64,000 nucleotides of DNA, taken from Octopus sinensis (taxonomy: Eukaryota). Below the pieces are notes generated by a model. It had not been told where the DNA came from. It made no database searches and saw nothing but the letters and a program-made list of their open reading frames with translations. Shown one piece after another: positions 1 through 10,732 of this stretch. A program made the position numbers and the translations under genes. The stretch spans positions 124,806,001-124,870,000 of the forward strand of contig NC_043001.1 of the NCBI RefSeq assembly GCF_006345805.1. Reading direction: 5' to 3'. Position 1 is the first letter of the stretch; every line of letters starts with the position of its first letter.

Positions 1-583
1 ATAACTGGCGTAATTAGATAAACAAAAAGATATATGTAGTGCTACACATTTACTTAATCAATCTATCATTACTACTAGGGAGTCTACAATTCGTTGGTGA
101 GGTCACACTAATACCAGAACATGTCCGGAGTTGTGTCCTATACTCAGTTTCAAAATAAAAGTAATATCAGTCAATGAATAATTTTTTCCTCAAGATATAT
201 TTTCTGTTTCAATTTTTAATGTTTCATGCATTAAATATGTTAACACTAACTTAATGAAACTTGGAATATTTGTTCTTAAATTGATTTGAAACATCGCCCG
301 AATTAATGCCGGCCTTAAGATAAACTCTACTCCTTCCTTCAACTATGCCCCATACTCCCGAAAAGCGCCATTTGGTAGTCTTTCTTCCTTTGACAAAGAC
401 AGACGTGAGAGACCTGCAGCCTTCTACTTGTGGAGTATATATTTATTGATTTAATTGTATTTTATGCCAGTCTTTTTAACTAGTTGTGAATTTTGGAAAT
501 GCCTGTTTGTTTTATATTATCTACACTTGTAATTACTAAAGGTAATTACTACTATAAGAAAGTTTAAAAATTTCGAAAAAAAG

Positions 584-1498
584 TACGTGGTAGGCTGAAA
601 AGTTCATCGGCTGACTATGAAAGAGTGATTCTAGAATTAATTTCAACTCCTTTTATAAATAACTGCAGAGTTTTTTTTTTCCAGATGAACTGACATCTCA
701 CTATTCAAAGGCGACTTCTCTTGAAAATTGACATAATTTGGCATCTTGCTGTTATCAAGTACCTGCAGGAAAAGGGTTTAGCCTCCAACGACATTCATGC
801 TGATATGGTTTCTAAATTAAGGAATGGCACTCTAGCTTTATCAACAGTGCAAAAGTGGGCAGCTGAATTTAGGAGGGGAAGGGGGAGTGTGGAAGATGAT
901 CCAAAGAGTGGACGTCCTGCAACTGCCCCCACTGAGGAAAACATGGTCATGTTCATCATAAGGTGATGGATGACAGACGATTGACTAATTAAATAGTCGA
1001 TGCTATTAGCATATCCTGTGAGAGAGTTGAGAATATTCTGCACAATGAACTTTGCATGACGAAGGGTTCTGCTGAATGGGTGCCACGTCTTCTGACACTT
1101 GTTCAAACACTGACGCAATGGGCCTTGTCTCATCAAGTCAATGCTCCAGCACACAAGCCCTTGCTTTCAATCGCTGCTGTGCATGAATGTGGCTTGGAAC
1201 TGGTTTATCACCTCCCTATTCTTCTGATTTGGCCTCATTTGACTATCATCTGTTCCCCCAAAATAAAAAAAACCCACTTGGCTGGGAAGCAGCATTGCAG
1301 TGATGACGTCATATCTGTTGTTGACCTCTTTTATAACAAACAAGATGAAAGCTTCTTCATCAATGAGATCCAAGTGCTGCAACACCGGTGGAAAAAGAGT
1401 AAGGACCGCAAAGGGGATTGTTTGAAAAATAAACCTCATTTGATCTCATTCCATTAGAGTATCTTAGCAGTCAATGAACCTTTCAGCCGACTTTCGTA
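584..1498 (+). mobile_element. Internally deleted mariner (D34D) transposon
   Basis: Imperfect ~25-bp TIRs with TA ends (tacgtggtaggctgaaaagttcat / atgaacctttcagccgactttcgta). HTH region '...WAAEFRRGR.SVEDDPKSGRP', WVPRLL motif, HQVNAPAH, frameshifted YSSDLASFDYHLFP, and a mariner-type C-terminus. The first catalytic-D region is deleted. Confidence 0.9.
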
Positions 1499-1719
1499 GA
1501 ATCTAGATCTCCCTAATATCACACACGATTATCTTAAACAGGGATAATGTGGTCCTGGATACAATGGATAAGAAAACAGTGATCATGACTGCTACGCCTT
1601 TGATCGTCAGGGCTGACATGAGGTTAAACAACAGTTAATATTAATTTTACCAAGTTAATGAAATAATGAGAAAGTCGACCACAAAACAGCGTAGGAATGG
1701 AACATCCAATTTGAGTCTA

Positions 1720-1918
1720 TGTTGGTTTCAAATTTTGTTACAAAGCCAGCAATATCGGGGAGAGGTAAATAGATTATATTGACACCCAGTGCTCAACTAG
1801 CATTTATTTTTTCGACCTCGAAAGAATGAAAGGCAACGTCAACCTCGACGGAATTTGAACGCGTAAAGACGGGCAAAACGCCACTACGCATTTTGCCCAA
1901 CATGCCAGCTAACTGCCT
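1720..1918 (-). mobile_element. Degenerate tRNA-derived SINE, family A
   Basis: Reverse complement matches the family A body (gaaagaatgaaaggc..gtc.acctcg.cggaatttgaac). Confidence 0.7.
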
Positions 1919-2244
1919 TAATTTGAGTCTATATTCACGTGGATATCTTCACTCTCTAAAATGTGCTGTAAATACACGTGTGTGAAGAGATTTCACAACT
2001 CTAAAGTTCCTAATTAAAATTCCGAAGCCAGAGGTTAAAGAAAACTGCTTTAAATGCCAAAAGATACCATGTGCTGATTGCAGATTTGTAGTGGCTCTGA
2101 AAATTTCAATTTAAAAAGTTTGATTTAACCCGCTTTGTATGTTAATTATGTCTAATTTTTTCTAATTACTTCTTTCAGGATGTGTCAGCACTAACCAGGA
2201 TTTATTCAATTCCATTATAACAAAACGGGAAAGAGAAGGAGACA

Positions 2245-2287
<43 letters not shown>

Positions 2288-3931
2288 AAAAACATTCGGA
2301 ATATTCAGAGATACGAAAAATTTCTTAAATACAAATCAAATAATTTTTTTCACTAACCACATTGATTAGATTTTCCTGCTTAATTCTAAGATTTCTTTTG
2401 GAATTTGTATTTAACAAACATGGAATATAAAGCTGGTATAAGATTATTAAAATGTGAGAAGGCTTCGACATTTATCGATGATTGGCAAAAATAATTGAAT
2501 TATTGGCAAGACATCATAAAGACTGTTGAAAAACAAGCTGATATGTCCAAATAATGCATGTTTCAGGCTTTTATTCCTTAACTTTTGTACCACAAGTACA
2601 CTAAAGCGTACTTGTGAGATCTTTTAACTACATTCCCTGAAAACACAAAAGCGGACGGCCACTTGGTTTGTGTTTACAGCTTGTAAATTTACAAAAACAT
2701 CGTCATTTTCCGCTGTAAACACAAAACTGTGTAGCCTCTCGCTTTTACGTCTTCCAAGAGTATAACCAAACGAAATCCTTCCCGCTAAAGCGTATTCGTG
2801 GATTCGGAGGGTTAAAAGGGACGCAACTTGTTTGTATTTTATTCACATTAATACGTAGTCGCGGTTCATATTTCATCTATATTGCATCTATGGCAAAGAT
2901 TTAATTCGCCGAGGACAAGTTCGTCTATATTTAAATAAATATTATGAAGTAGTGGGTTAGTTTATCTCTAGAGTTAATAGAAAGATTATAACTGAAGAGC
3001 TTTTTGCTGGTTTTGTGTAACTGAAATTTTCAAAACAACTTCAAGCTACGCTCAAATTTTGTCTTGCTTCTTATGCAAAAGAAACACTCGTCTGTTGCTT
3101 AGTAAATGGAATGGTTAACATAGACCACTAACTCAAAGTCATTCTTCCAGGTAACTGCGATAGACCTAAAGTAAGAATAAGCTCTGCAACCAAATACAAG
3201 ACTGAATTTAATACAGCTCTTAAGGAACAGGATGTTCTTTCATTCATTTACTGCTTCCAGTTTTGGAGCCAGCTGATTGGCGTCGCTGATTTGAGACTGA
3301 CTTACTAGACATCAGACATTTTAATACTTCTCACGTTTTCATGTTTTTCTCGTTCTCTCCCTCCTCCCTCTCTTCCTCTCACTCTCTCCCTCTTTCTTTC
3401 TTTTTCTGCTTACGTGTGTAAGCATCTAGTTATGTTTGTATGCATGTGTAATATATCTTTCCCTCTCTCTATCTACCTATCTCTAACTTTTTCTATTTGT
3501 ATGTATATATTTCTGCATACGCGTGCTTGTATTTTAACCTCTAGTGCCAAAACGTACTGTGATTAAAACAGATTGAATGTCCAGTCAGCCGTGTTTAAAC
3601 TGTCAGCGTCCAAACAGCAGTTATTAACCGTTTCATTCCGATAAAATGACCAGAGTCGTGGTGATCGACTGTCCTTTACAAAGTGGTGCTCCACCGCCAC
3701 CACCACCATCACCTAACTGGCAACGGTGCAATAAAAGAATAAAAATAATAAAAGAACAGCCAGTTTCTTAAGAAACAAATCTGACCGACCTGCGACAACT
3801 TGTTTACCTCCATATTACGCAGCTAGACTATTATCAATGCAGACATATTTGAATATTAAATGTGCTTCATTCTAATGGTAAACATTCGATGACTGAATTG
3901 ACTGAGTTTGATTCTTATGACAAACACAATC

Positions 3932-3934
<3 letters not shown>

Positions 3935-4021
<87 letters not shown>

Positions 4022-4075
4022 ATCTCTCACTCTCACATGCACACACACTCGCATACACACACACATACACACGTT
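3935..4075. repeat. (CT)n/(CA)n compound microsatellite
   Basis: Direct observation. Confidence 0.95.
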
Positions 4076-4189
4076 AATTTCTCAACTGTGAAGTTGTAAT
4101 TCACCAAAATTAATTGGATCGTTGAAACGACTGGCATTTTTATTGACATTCGGTGAAGCAGAGGAAATTACAGTGGAGACGTTGGCTAC

Positions 4190-4730
4190 TCGTTATTTTC
4201 TCTAGGTCCAATGACCTAGACCTGTCAACTAATAGAAACGAAAACACTTGTAAACGTCGAGCTGCTGAGGGAGGATCATTATGTGCTCGCTTCCCTCGAC
4301 CCGATAAGAATAGTAGTTCAAATCTCTTTCAAATTACACTCAAATACCTAAGAAAAGAACACAATGGATAATGTGGTCTTAGATGCACTATGCTCAGGAA
4401 GCAAAATGGACGTCTATGGTTCGAACACCGTTGCTTATATATGTCTAATCAATCAGGGTTGATTTGGAGTTAGACGACAGCAACAATTAAAAAACCGCTT
4501 GTAAATGAATCAATGAGTAAGTTGGAGTCGATCGCTTGATCTACACGAAATAACTGTCGAATCTCCCTCAAATCACATCCTCCTGTATCATAAGAGGAGA
4601 AAGCTTAAGTATCAAGGATAAAGGAGTCCTTAATATACTGTTCCTTAAAAACAAAATGGTGATGGCTGGAACTTTAAGGGTCAGAGATTTGGCCAATCAA
4701 GATTGACCTGGAGCTAAACAACAACAAAAG
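4190..4730 (+). mobile_element. Two degenerate copies of a (CAA)n-tailed SINE-like repeat, family E
   Basis: Shared blocks 'ctc..aatcaca..c..c', 'ggataatgtggtc.tagat' and 'gacctgg.gctaaacaacaac'. Also seen at 1500-1630, 21215-21380, 41055-41160 and 55372-55740. Confidence 0.6.
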
Positions 4731-5469
4731 GCTGTAAGGTACAGAGTTCGCTTCTATTGCTAATATCACTAATATGTACTTTCCCATATGACCTATTTTC
4801 ATTTAGGTGGAATGTGAGGTGTTCTTATCTCTCTTTGTTAGTCTTTTATCAACTCAGACAGTTGTAAAACTTTCAGACTTTAACAGAGATTGAATAACAC
4901 ACGCTGATAGACACACACACAAACACGTAAGGTATTTAAGCCCCTTTAGGAGATATATAATGTTCTTCAGTTATTACAGACCGTTATATACAGTTATACA
5001 TACAAAGAACTGTGAAACTGTTGCCAGATATTTTCAGTTGAATGGAAACTGAGATTTCGCTACTGCAGGGAAAAGAGTTTGAACTTCTGACTAAAGAATC
5101 GACAGAGCGCATCGCATCACCAGCGGTATATTGTTGCTGGTTACACATCAGTTTAAGGCGGAAGATAACAGAATCGTTAACACGTTGGACGAAATGCGTA
5201 GCGGTATTTTTCCGATACTTAGCGTTCTGAGTTCAAGTCCTGCTGGGATTCGCTTTGCTTATCATCCTCTCTCGGTGGACAAAACAAGTAATACCTGTTG
5301 ACTAGATTTGGGGGTTCGATTCCCGCACCGGATGGTACATTGTGTTCTTGAGTAAAAGACTTTATTTCACCTTGTTCTGTGGGTGGGAGAGTGGCAGAAT
5401 CGTTAGCGCATCGACAGAGATGCTTTATAGTATACCTTCTGGCTCTCCACATTCTGAGTTCAAATTCCA

Positions 5470-5650
5470 ACTGTCTGAAGAAGGCAACGGAAAACTACTC
5501 CAGTGTTCATCCCAAGTCTAGTCATTAGTAGATGAACTTCCAGTAACCTACTTAACAACGGCAGAGGAGGGTACGGGCCCTCCCAGCTCGTATCGTGTTG
5601 GAAAAGGATCACATGCACAGGATATGCCGAAGGGCAGACCACCGCAAGAC
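5470..5650 (+). mobile_element. RTE-like LINE fragment
   Basis: 'gaaggcaacggaaaactactccagtgttc' resembles the RTE/BovB-type 'gaaggcaatggcaacccactccagtattc' block (recalled consensus). Confidence 0.4.
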
Positions 5651-6900
5651 TAAATCAGAAAGCCTTAACTATTGTAGCGAACTATAAGTGCGTAAACACA
5701 TGCATTCCGTATCTCTGGTATGCAGAATAAAATATGTAAGGAGTCTCCTGAGGAACTGCTTGTAGTTTTTTTTTTTGCCCGCTTCTTAAAGGAGACGTAC
5801 GCAGGTCACCTAGTTCAGATTTTTATCTCTCATCATTTGGTCTCACATTCAAGTCAGATTTCAGTTCTGTGTCTAAGATTTAATAACCGCGCCATAATAG
5901 CATTGATATTATAATTATATTCATTGAGCTTCTTGCCATGATTGCAATTTCTAAAGCAAGATTATTTTGTTACTGTGTTTGCAGAAGACATTTTTCTTTC
6001 ATTAAACAAGACACGATTTGATCATTCAAAAAATGTAGACGGCGCAAGGCAAACCTTGAAGTTCACGACGTGACCTGGTTTTAGGTTATGTGTGATTTCT
6101 TTGTCGTTCTTTTGTGGTAGTGATTTTGCTATTTTTTTTTAATGATTGTCGTTGCTATATTTCTTTTTCTGCATCTATTGTTATTGTTGTTTTTTCAATG
6201 CCATTCACGTCAACAGGTTCAAATTTGAATTGGTAAGTAAACCTGAAGTATATACATAACAATTATTACACGACCTACTGAATAAACTAAGTTCAGCGTA
6301 TCAGTCAGAATAAAAGTATTGTTAAGTTGTATTGAAGTTTTCTTTGCTTGTTTTTTGCTTTGTTTAGCGAGTGTGAGTGTCTGTTGTTCCTTTTTTTCTT
6401 TTTTTTTTATGTTGCCTGCATTGTTCGTTTGTGTGTGTGTGCGTATGTGTGCATGAGTGCGTGTTGCGTGCGTCTATGTTTGTATGCGTATAATATGCGT
6501 GTGTATATGTATCAGCGTGTATACGCACACACATACTTACATACCTGCATACGTATTCGTATATGTCTGCGGCATGTATACATACGTATTCGTATATGTC
6601 TGCGGTGTGTATACATACATATTACAAGAGACCGACAGATACAAACATACATGAACATATATGCATGTATATGTGTCCACGTGCGCGCGCGTGTGTGTAT
6701 ACATGCGTGTGTGTACACATACGTGTGTGTGTGTGTGTGTGTGTGTGTAAATGCGTGTGCGTGTACCTTTTTCCTTTGGTCTTTTTCTTATTTCACTCAT
6801 TGAAGTGTTGCCATGCTGGGTTGTAAAGGAACAAAACGGCCCCTGTACTCATACTTTAAGTCTGGTGCTTACTCTATCTGTTTCTTACTGAACCCACTGA

Positions 6901-7426
6901 CGAAATTTTTCTCCCACGAGAGTTCCGGACCCCTGTTGTGAACCCATTTGCATACAAATAATCAGAGCTCAACTATCAAACTAATTTATGAGTGCATAAC
7001 AAGTGATGGGTGATATGATAAGCTCATGCTTCTTTTCTCTTTTAAGAATGCTTGTTGTTCTTGTTCTTGTTTCAACCATGGCTGCCTCTGCGTAGTTATT
7101 TGTGCTGTTTACTTTGTAAAGCAGTAAGGGAAGAAGGTTGCTAGCACATCACCCTCTACCCACATTTTTCACATCCACATCTTTATCATATGGGGCCCTA
7201 ACAAAATCCGATAATAGGTATAGATACAAATCTATCTAATTACTTGTCTCCTTCTAAAATCAGGCATAACTTGACGATCGGTCAACTTGCAACTCCGTTC
7301 TCCGTCTTGAGTTTACTTGGTAGAGTGTGTTTGTTAAGTTGACAAGAAGGTCAAGGTGAGCTCTGATTGGGTGTATGCAAATGAGTTCATTACTGGGGTC
7401 CGGAACTCTTGTGGGAAAAAATTTCG
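6901..7426. mobile_element. MITE-like element with ~70-bp imperfect TIRs
   Basis: 6901-6975 is the reverse complement of 7355-7426 (cgaaattttt.ccca..agagttccggacccc..t..tgaac.catttgcatac...aatcagagctca). No TSD was resolved. Confidence 0.7.
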
Positions 7427-7509
7427 CGAACCGCTATGTCCCTATCACCACACTGTCAATCAACACCTGTTGCCCAGCGGTGGAGGATATATAAACACTC
7501 ATAGAAAGA

Positions 7510-7517
7510 CGCACGCG

Positions 7518-7602
<85 letters not shown>

Positions 7603-8013
7603 TATATATATACAGGCTTCAATACAGTTTCTATCTACTAAATTTACTCAAATTGCATTAGGCAGCCCGGGGCTGTAAGTATAACGTTACGTAAGTATTA
7701 TTGAAACACCTGTATGACGTGAATATTTGTCGCCTATTAGCCGGATTACTACTCAACTATTATTCTTTCATATATATATAAATATATATATATGTGTGTG
7801 TGTGTGCGTATTTTTGTAAGTGTGTGTGCGTATTTTTGTAAGTGTGTGTGTGTGCGTATTTTTGTAAGTGTGTGTGTGTGTGTGTTTGTGTTTATGTGTA
7901 TGTGAATACATATATGTATATATGTATGTGAATACATATATATATGTAAATATACATACATATGTAATATATATACACATGTATATGCATATACATATAT
8001 GTATATAAATATA

Positions 8014-8049
<36 letters not shown>

Positions 8050-8149
8050 CACACACATATATATATATATATATGTAAATACATATATCTATATGTATGC
8101 ATTTATACATATACATATTTATGTATGTATAAGTATATATATACATATA

Positions 8150-8227
<78 letters not shown>

Positions 8228-8230
8228 GTT
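7510..8230. repeat. Long (TA)n/(TG)n compound microsatellite
   Basis: Direct observation. It includes a 22-bp unit (gtgtgtgtgcgtatttttgtaa) repeated three times. Confidence 0.95.
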
Positions 8231-8599
8231 ATATGTGTGCCTACTAGATTCTTTTTCTCACGACTCATGCTCCACGCCAAGCAGTTTTCTGGTGAGAACT
8301 GTCTGCTTTCTGTCGCATTTTACTTTGTTCTAAATTCGAGATACAATATTAGAAATTTTTATTAGGAAAAGAAAAACAAAAATCGGAATTTTCCCTACTA
8401 TTTGTACATTATAATTTTGTCTCCCTTTTTCTACGCCGCTACTTATATTTTTTTTTACTCGTAATTCATGAAGTCAGCTTTGCCACATAATGTCCCAATG
8501 CATTTGTTACAGTATTGTGCTAATTGTTGAAGTACTTTTGGAATATTCAATCCCTCGAACTATAATTTAGTTTGTAGGTAGTTCTTTTGGTCGTTGTGT

Positions 8600-8713
8600 G
8601 TGTCTGCGTGTGTGTGTATGTGTGCATGTATGTATGTATGTATGTATGTATGTATGTATGTATGTATGTATGTATGTATGTATGTATGTATGTATGTTTG
8701 TATGTATGTATGC

Positions 8714-8746
<33 letters not shown>

Positions 8747-9147
8747 TGTATGTATGTATGTATGAATGTATGTATGTATGTATGATGTATGTATGTATGT
8801 ATGTATGTGTGCATGTATGCATGTATGCATGTATGTATGTATGTATGTATGTATGTATCTATGTATGTATGTATGTATGTCATTGTTCAGTTTTATCTCA
8901 AGATTTCTTTCCAATACAGAAAGAGCTGGTTTCTAACCTAGATCCGAGGCTCCTTCATTGGAATTTCAACATCAGCAACAGGATATTTTTGTTTGTGTGT
9001 ATGTATGTATGTACGTCATTGTTCAGTTTTATTCCAAGATTTCTCGCCAATAGATAAAGAGACGGTTTCTAAGCTATATCCAAGGCTCCTTCACTGGAAT
9101 TTCAACATCAACAACAGGGTATTTTTCTTTGTATGTATGTATGTATG

Positions 9148-9181
<34 letters not shown>

Positions 9182-10020
9182 TGTATGTTTGTATCTATGT
9201 GTGTATGTGTGTTTGTATATATGCAGATTTGTATGTTTTGCTTTATGTATGTATTCTCGTGCATATAGTTGCATATCTAGACATGCTCATATATATTTAA
9301 ATGATAAACAACTGGAAAATTTTACAGATTTTTACAGTTCCAGTGATCGATTCGATCTGTAGTCTCCGAATTATCTTTCTCCTTTCTGGTTTTGGGAAGC
9401 CTAATTTCTCAAGACTGGTCTTTAGGCAGTGTGTCACGTATTCCAGGGCCCCAGTAATTACAGGTATAAACCTGAACTTGTAATCTAGATAGAGTAACTG
9501 CAGATTTCTCAATAGTTCAGCGTAGGTACTCTCTTTTTCACGGATCTTCAGCTTTATGTTAACATCCACTGGGCAGCTAATTTCTACAAGTGTGCACAGT
9601 GTCTCTTCTCTCTCCCAAATCATTATATCAGGTGTGTTGTGCTTACATTTTATTGAGGTCTTCACTGGGACATTCCACCAGTAATCCATTTTATTATGAG
9701 AGGCTTCTACCATACTGTAAGTTCTTATTTCTTTATCCTTCCGACAGATTTCATTATAGAGCGTCCTAGCTACAACATCATGTCTCATCGGTAGATAATA
9801 CCGTGATGACATTTTCGGACAATTGCTCATGATCTGAGTGATATCTTCGGTGTTAACTCCACAAAGTCTGCATCAGTTGTAACATTTTACTAGTTTTCCT
9901 GCATTTCTATCCCCTTTATGCATCCCCTAACTGCATCAAAGTCATTTGAAACCATTACTATTCACGATATATCTTTAATAAGATACAGTCAAAAACTGTA
10001 AAACGAGTGAAATAAAAAAA
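8600..10020 (-). mobile_element. 5'-truncated non-LTR retrotransposon with restriction-like endonuclease (R4/Dong-like), with duplicated 3' end and (CATA)n tail
   Basis: CRLCGVNTEDITQIMSNC zinc knuckle, RHD, 'NTPDIMIWE...LVEISCP' PD-(D/E)xK domain and 'FIPVITGAL' (ORF 9297-9830). A ~133-bp 3' unit ending 'aaataaaactgaacaatga(cata)n' is present twice. Confidence 0.85.
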
Positions 10021-10732
10021 CATAGATACTAATTGAAGGGAATTGTTAACAAGACCCAAAATGCACTATACAAAGGAAGATGTTGCCAGAATTTATTTGC
10101 CGAGACCAGAGGGGTCAGAGGTTTGGTACACCTCGAACTAATCACCGCCATAGACCAAGACGATCTTCTCAACTTTACAAGATCCACCCCAGTAGAAATT
10201 GTGGAGCATCATGAAAACTAGAAGGTATATTTAATCATGACAGTGTCAAGAAAATTCTCACACAAACTGAATGTCTCTAATTTAACACAAAAAAAAACGA
10301 ATTTTTTGGTGTTAACCAAGAAATAAGAGAATACGATAAGAAACTGCTATGCATGGCCAAAATTACGCATAAATGTTTAAATGACAGATGTTGAATAACA
10401 ACAGACAATTCAGTGTCTGAAAGGTACTGATCACGAATAGAGAACCTTCTCATAGCCACCAAGATAAAAGTCTTAACACCAGGTTATACCACCATTGCAT
10501 TGAGAAGAAACTCAGTAGGATATGTGGAAGCTTTAAAGAAACCCTAGACCATCTCATCCCAGATTGTCTCGTATTAGACAAAAAGAAAACGAATGTATCC
10601 ACCACCAGAGAAGACAGAGGTATACCTGCACAAGAAAAGCTGCAGGGAATATAACATCAAAGTCACAGAAAGAAGTTATGACCACAAACTAGAAACAGTT
10701 ACCAAGCGTGGTAACGTTACCATCCTATAGGA

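Noticed and set aside
2160-2230. Candidate acceptor and short terminal exon (DVSALTRIYSIPL*)
   Set aside because: Only a splice-like motif; no upstream exon or homology.
2590-2822. piggyBac-like end (gggttaa) with a repeated ctaaagcgta
   Set aside because: No matching TIR pair or transposase found.
4790-4932. Candidate non-coding exon (tcatttag|...cac|gtaagg)
   Set aside because: Splice motifs alone are common by chance, and all frames are closed.
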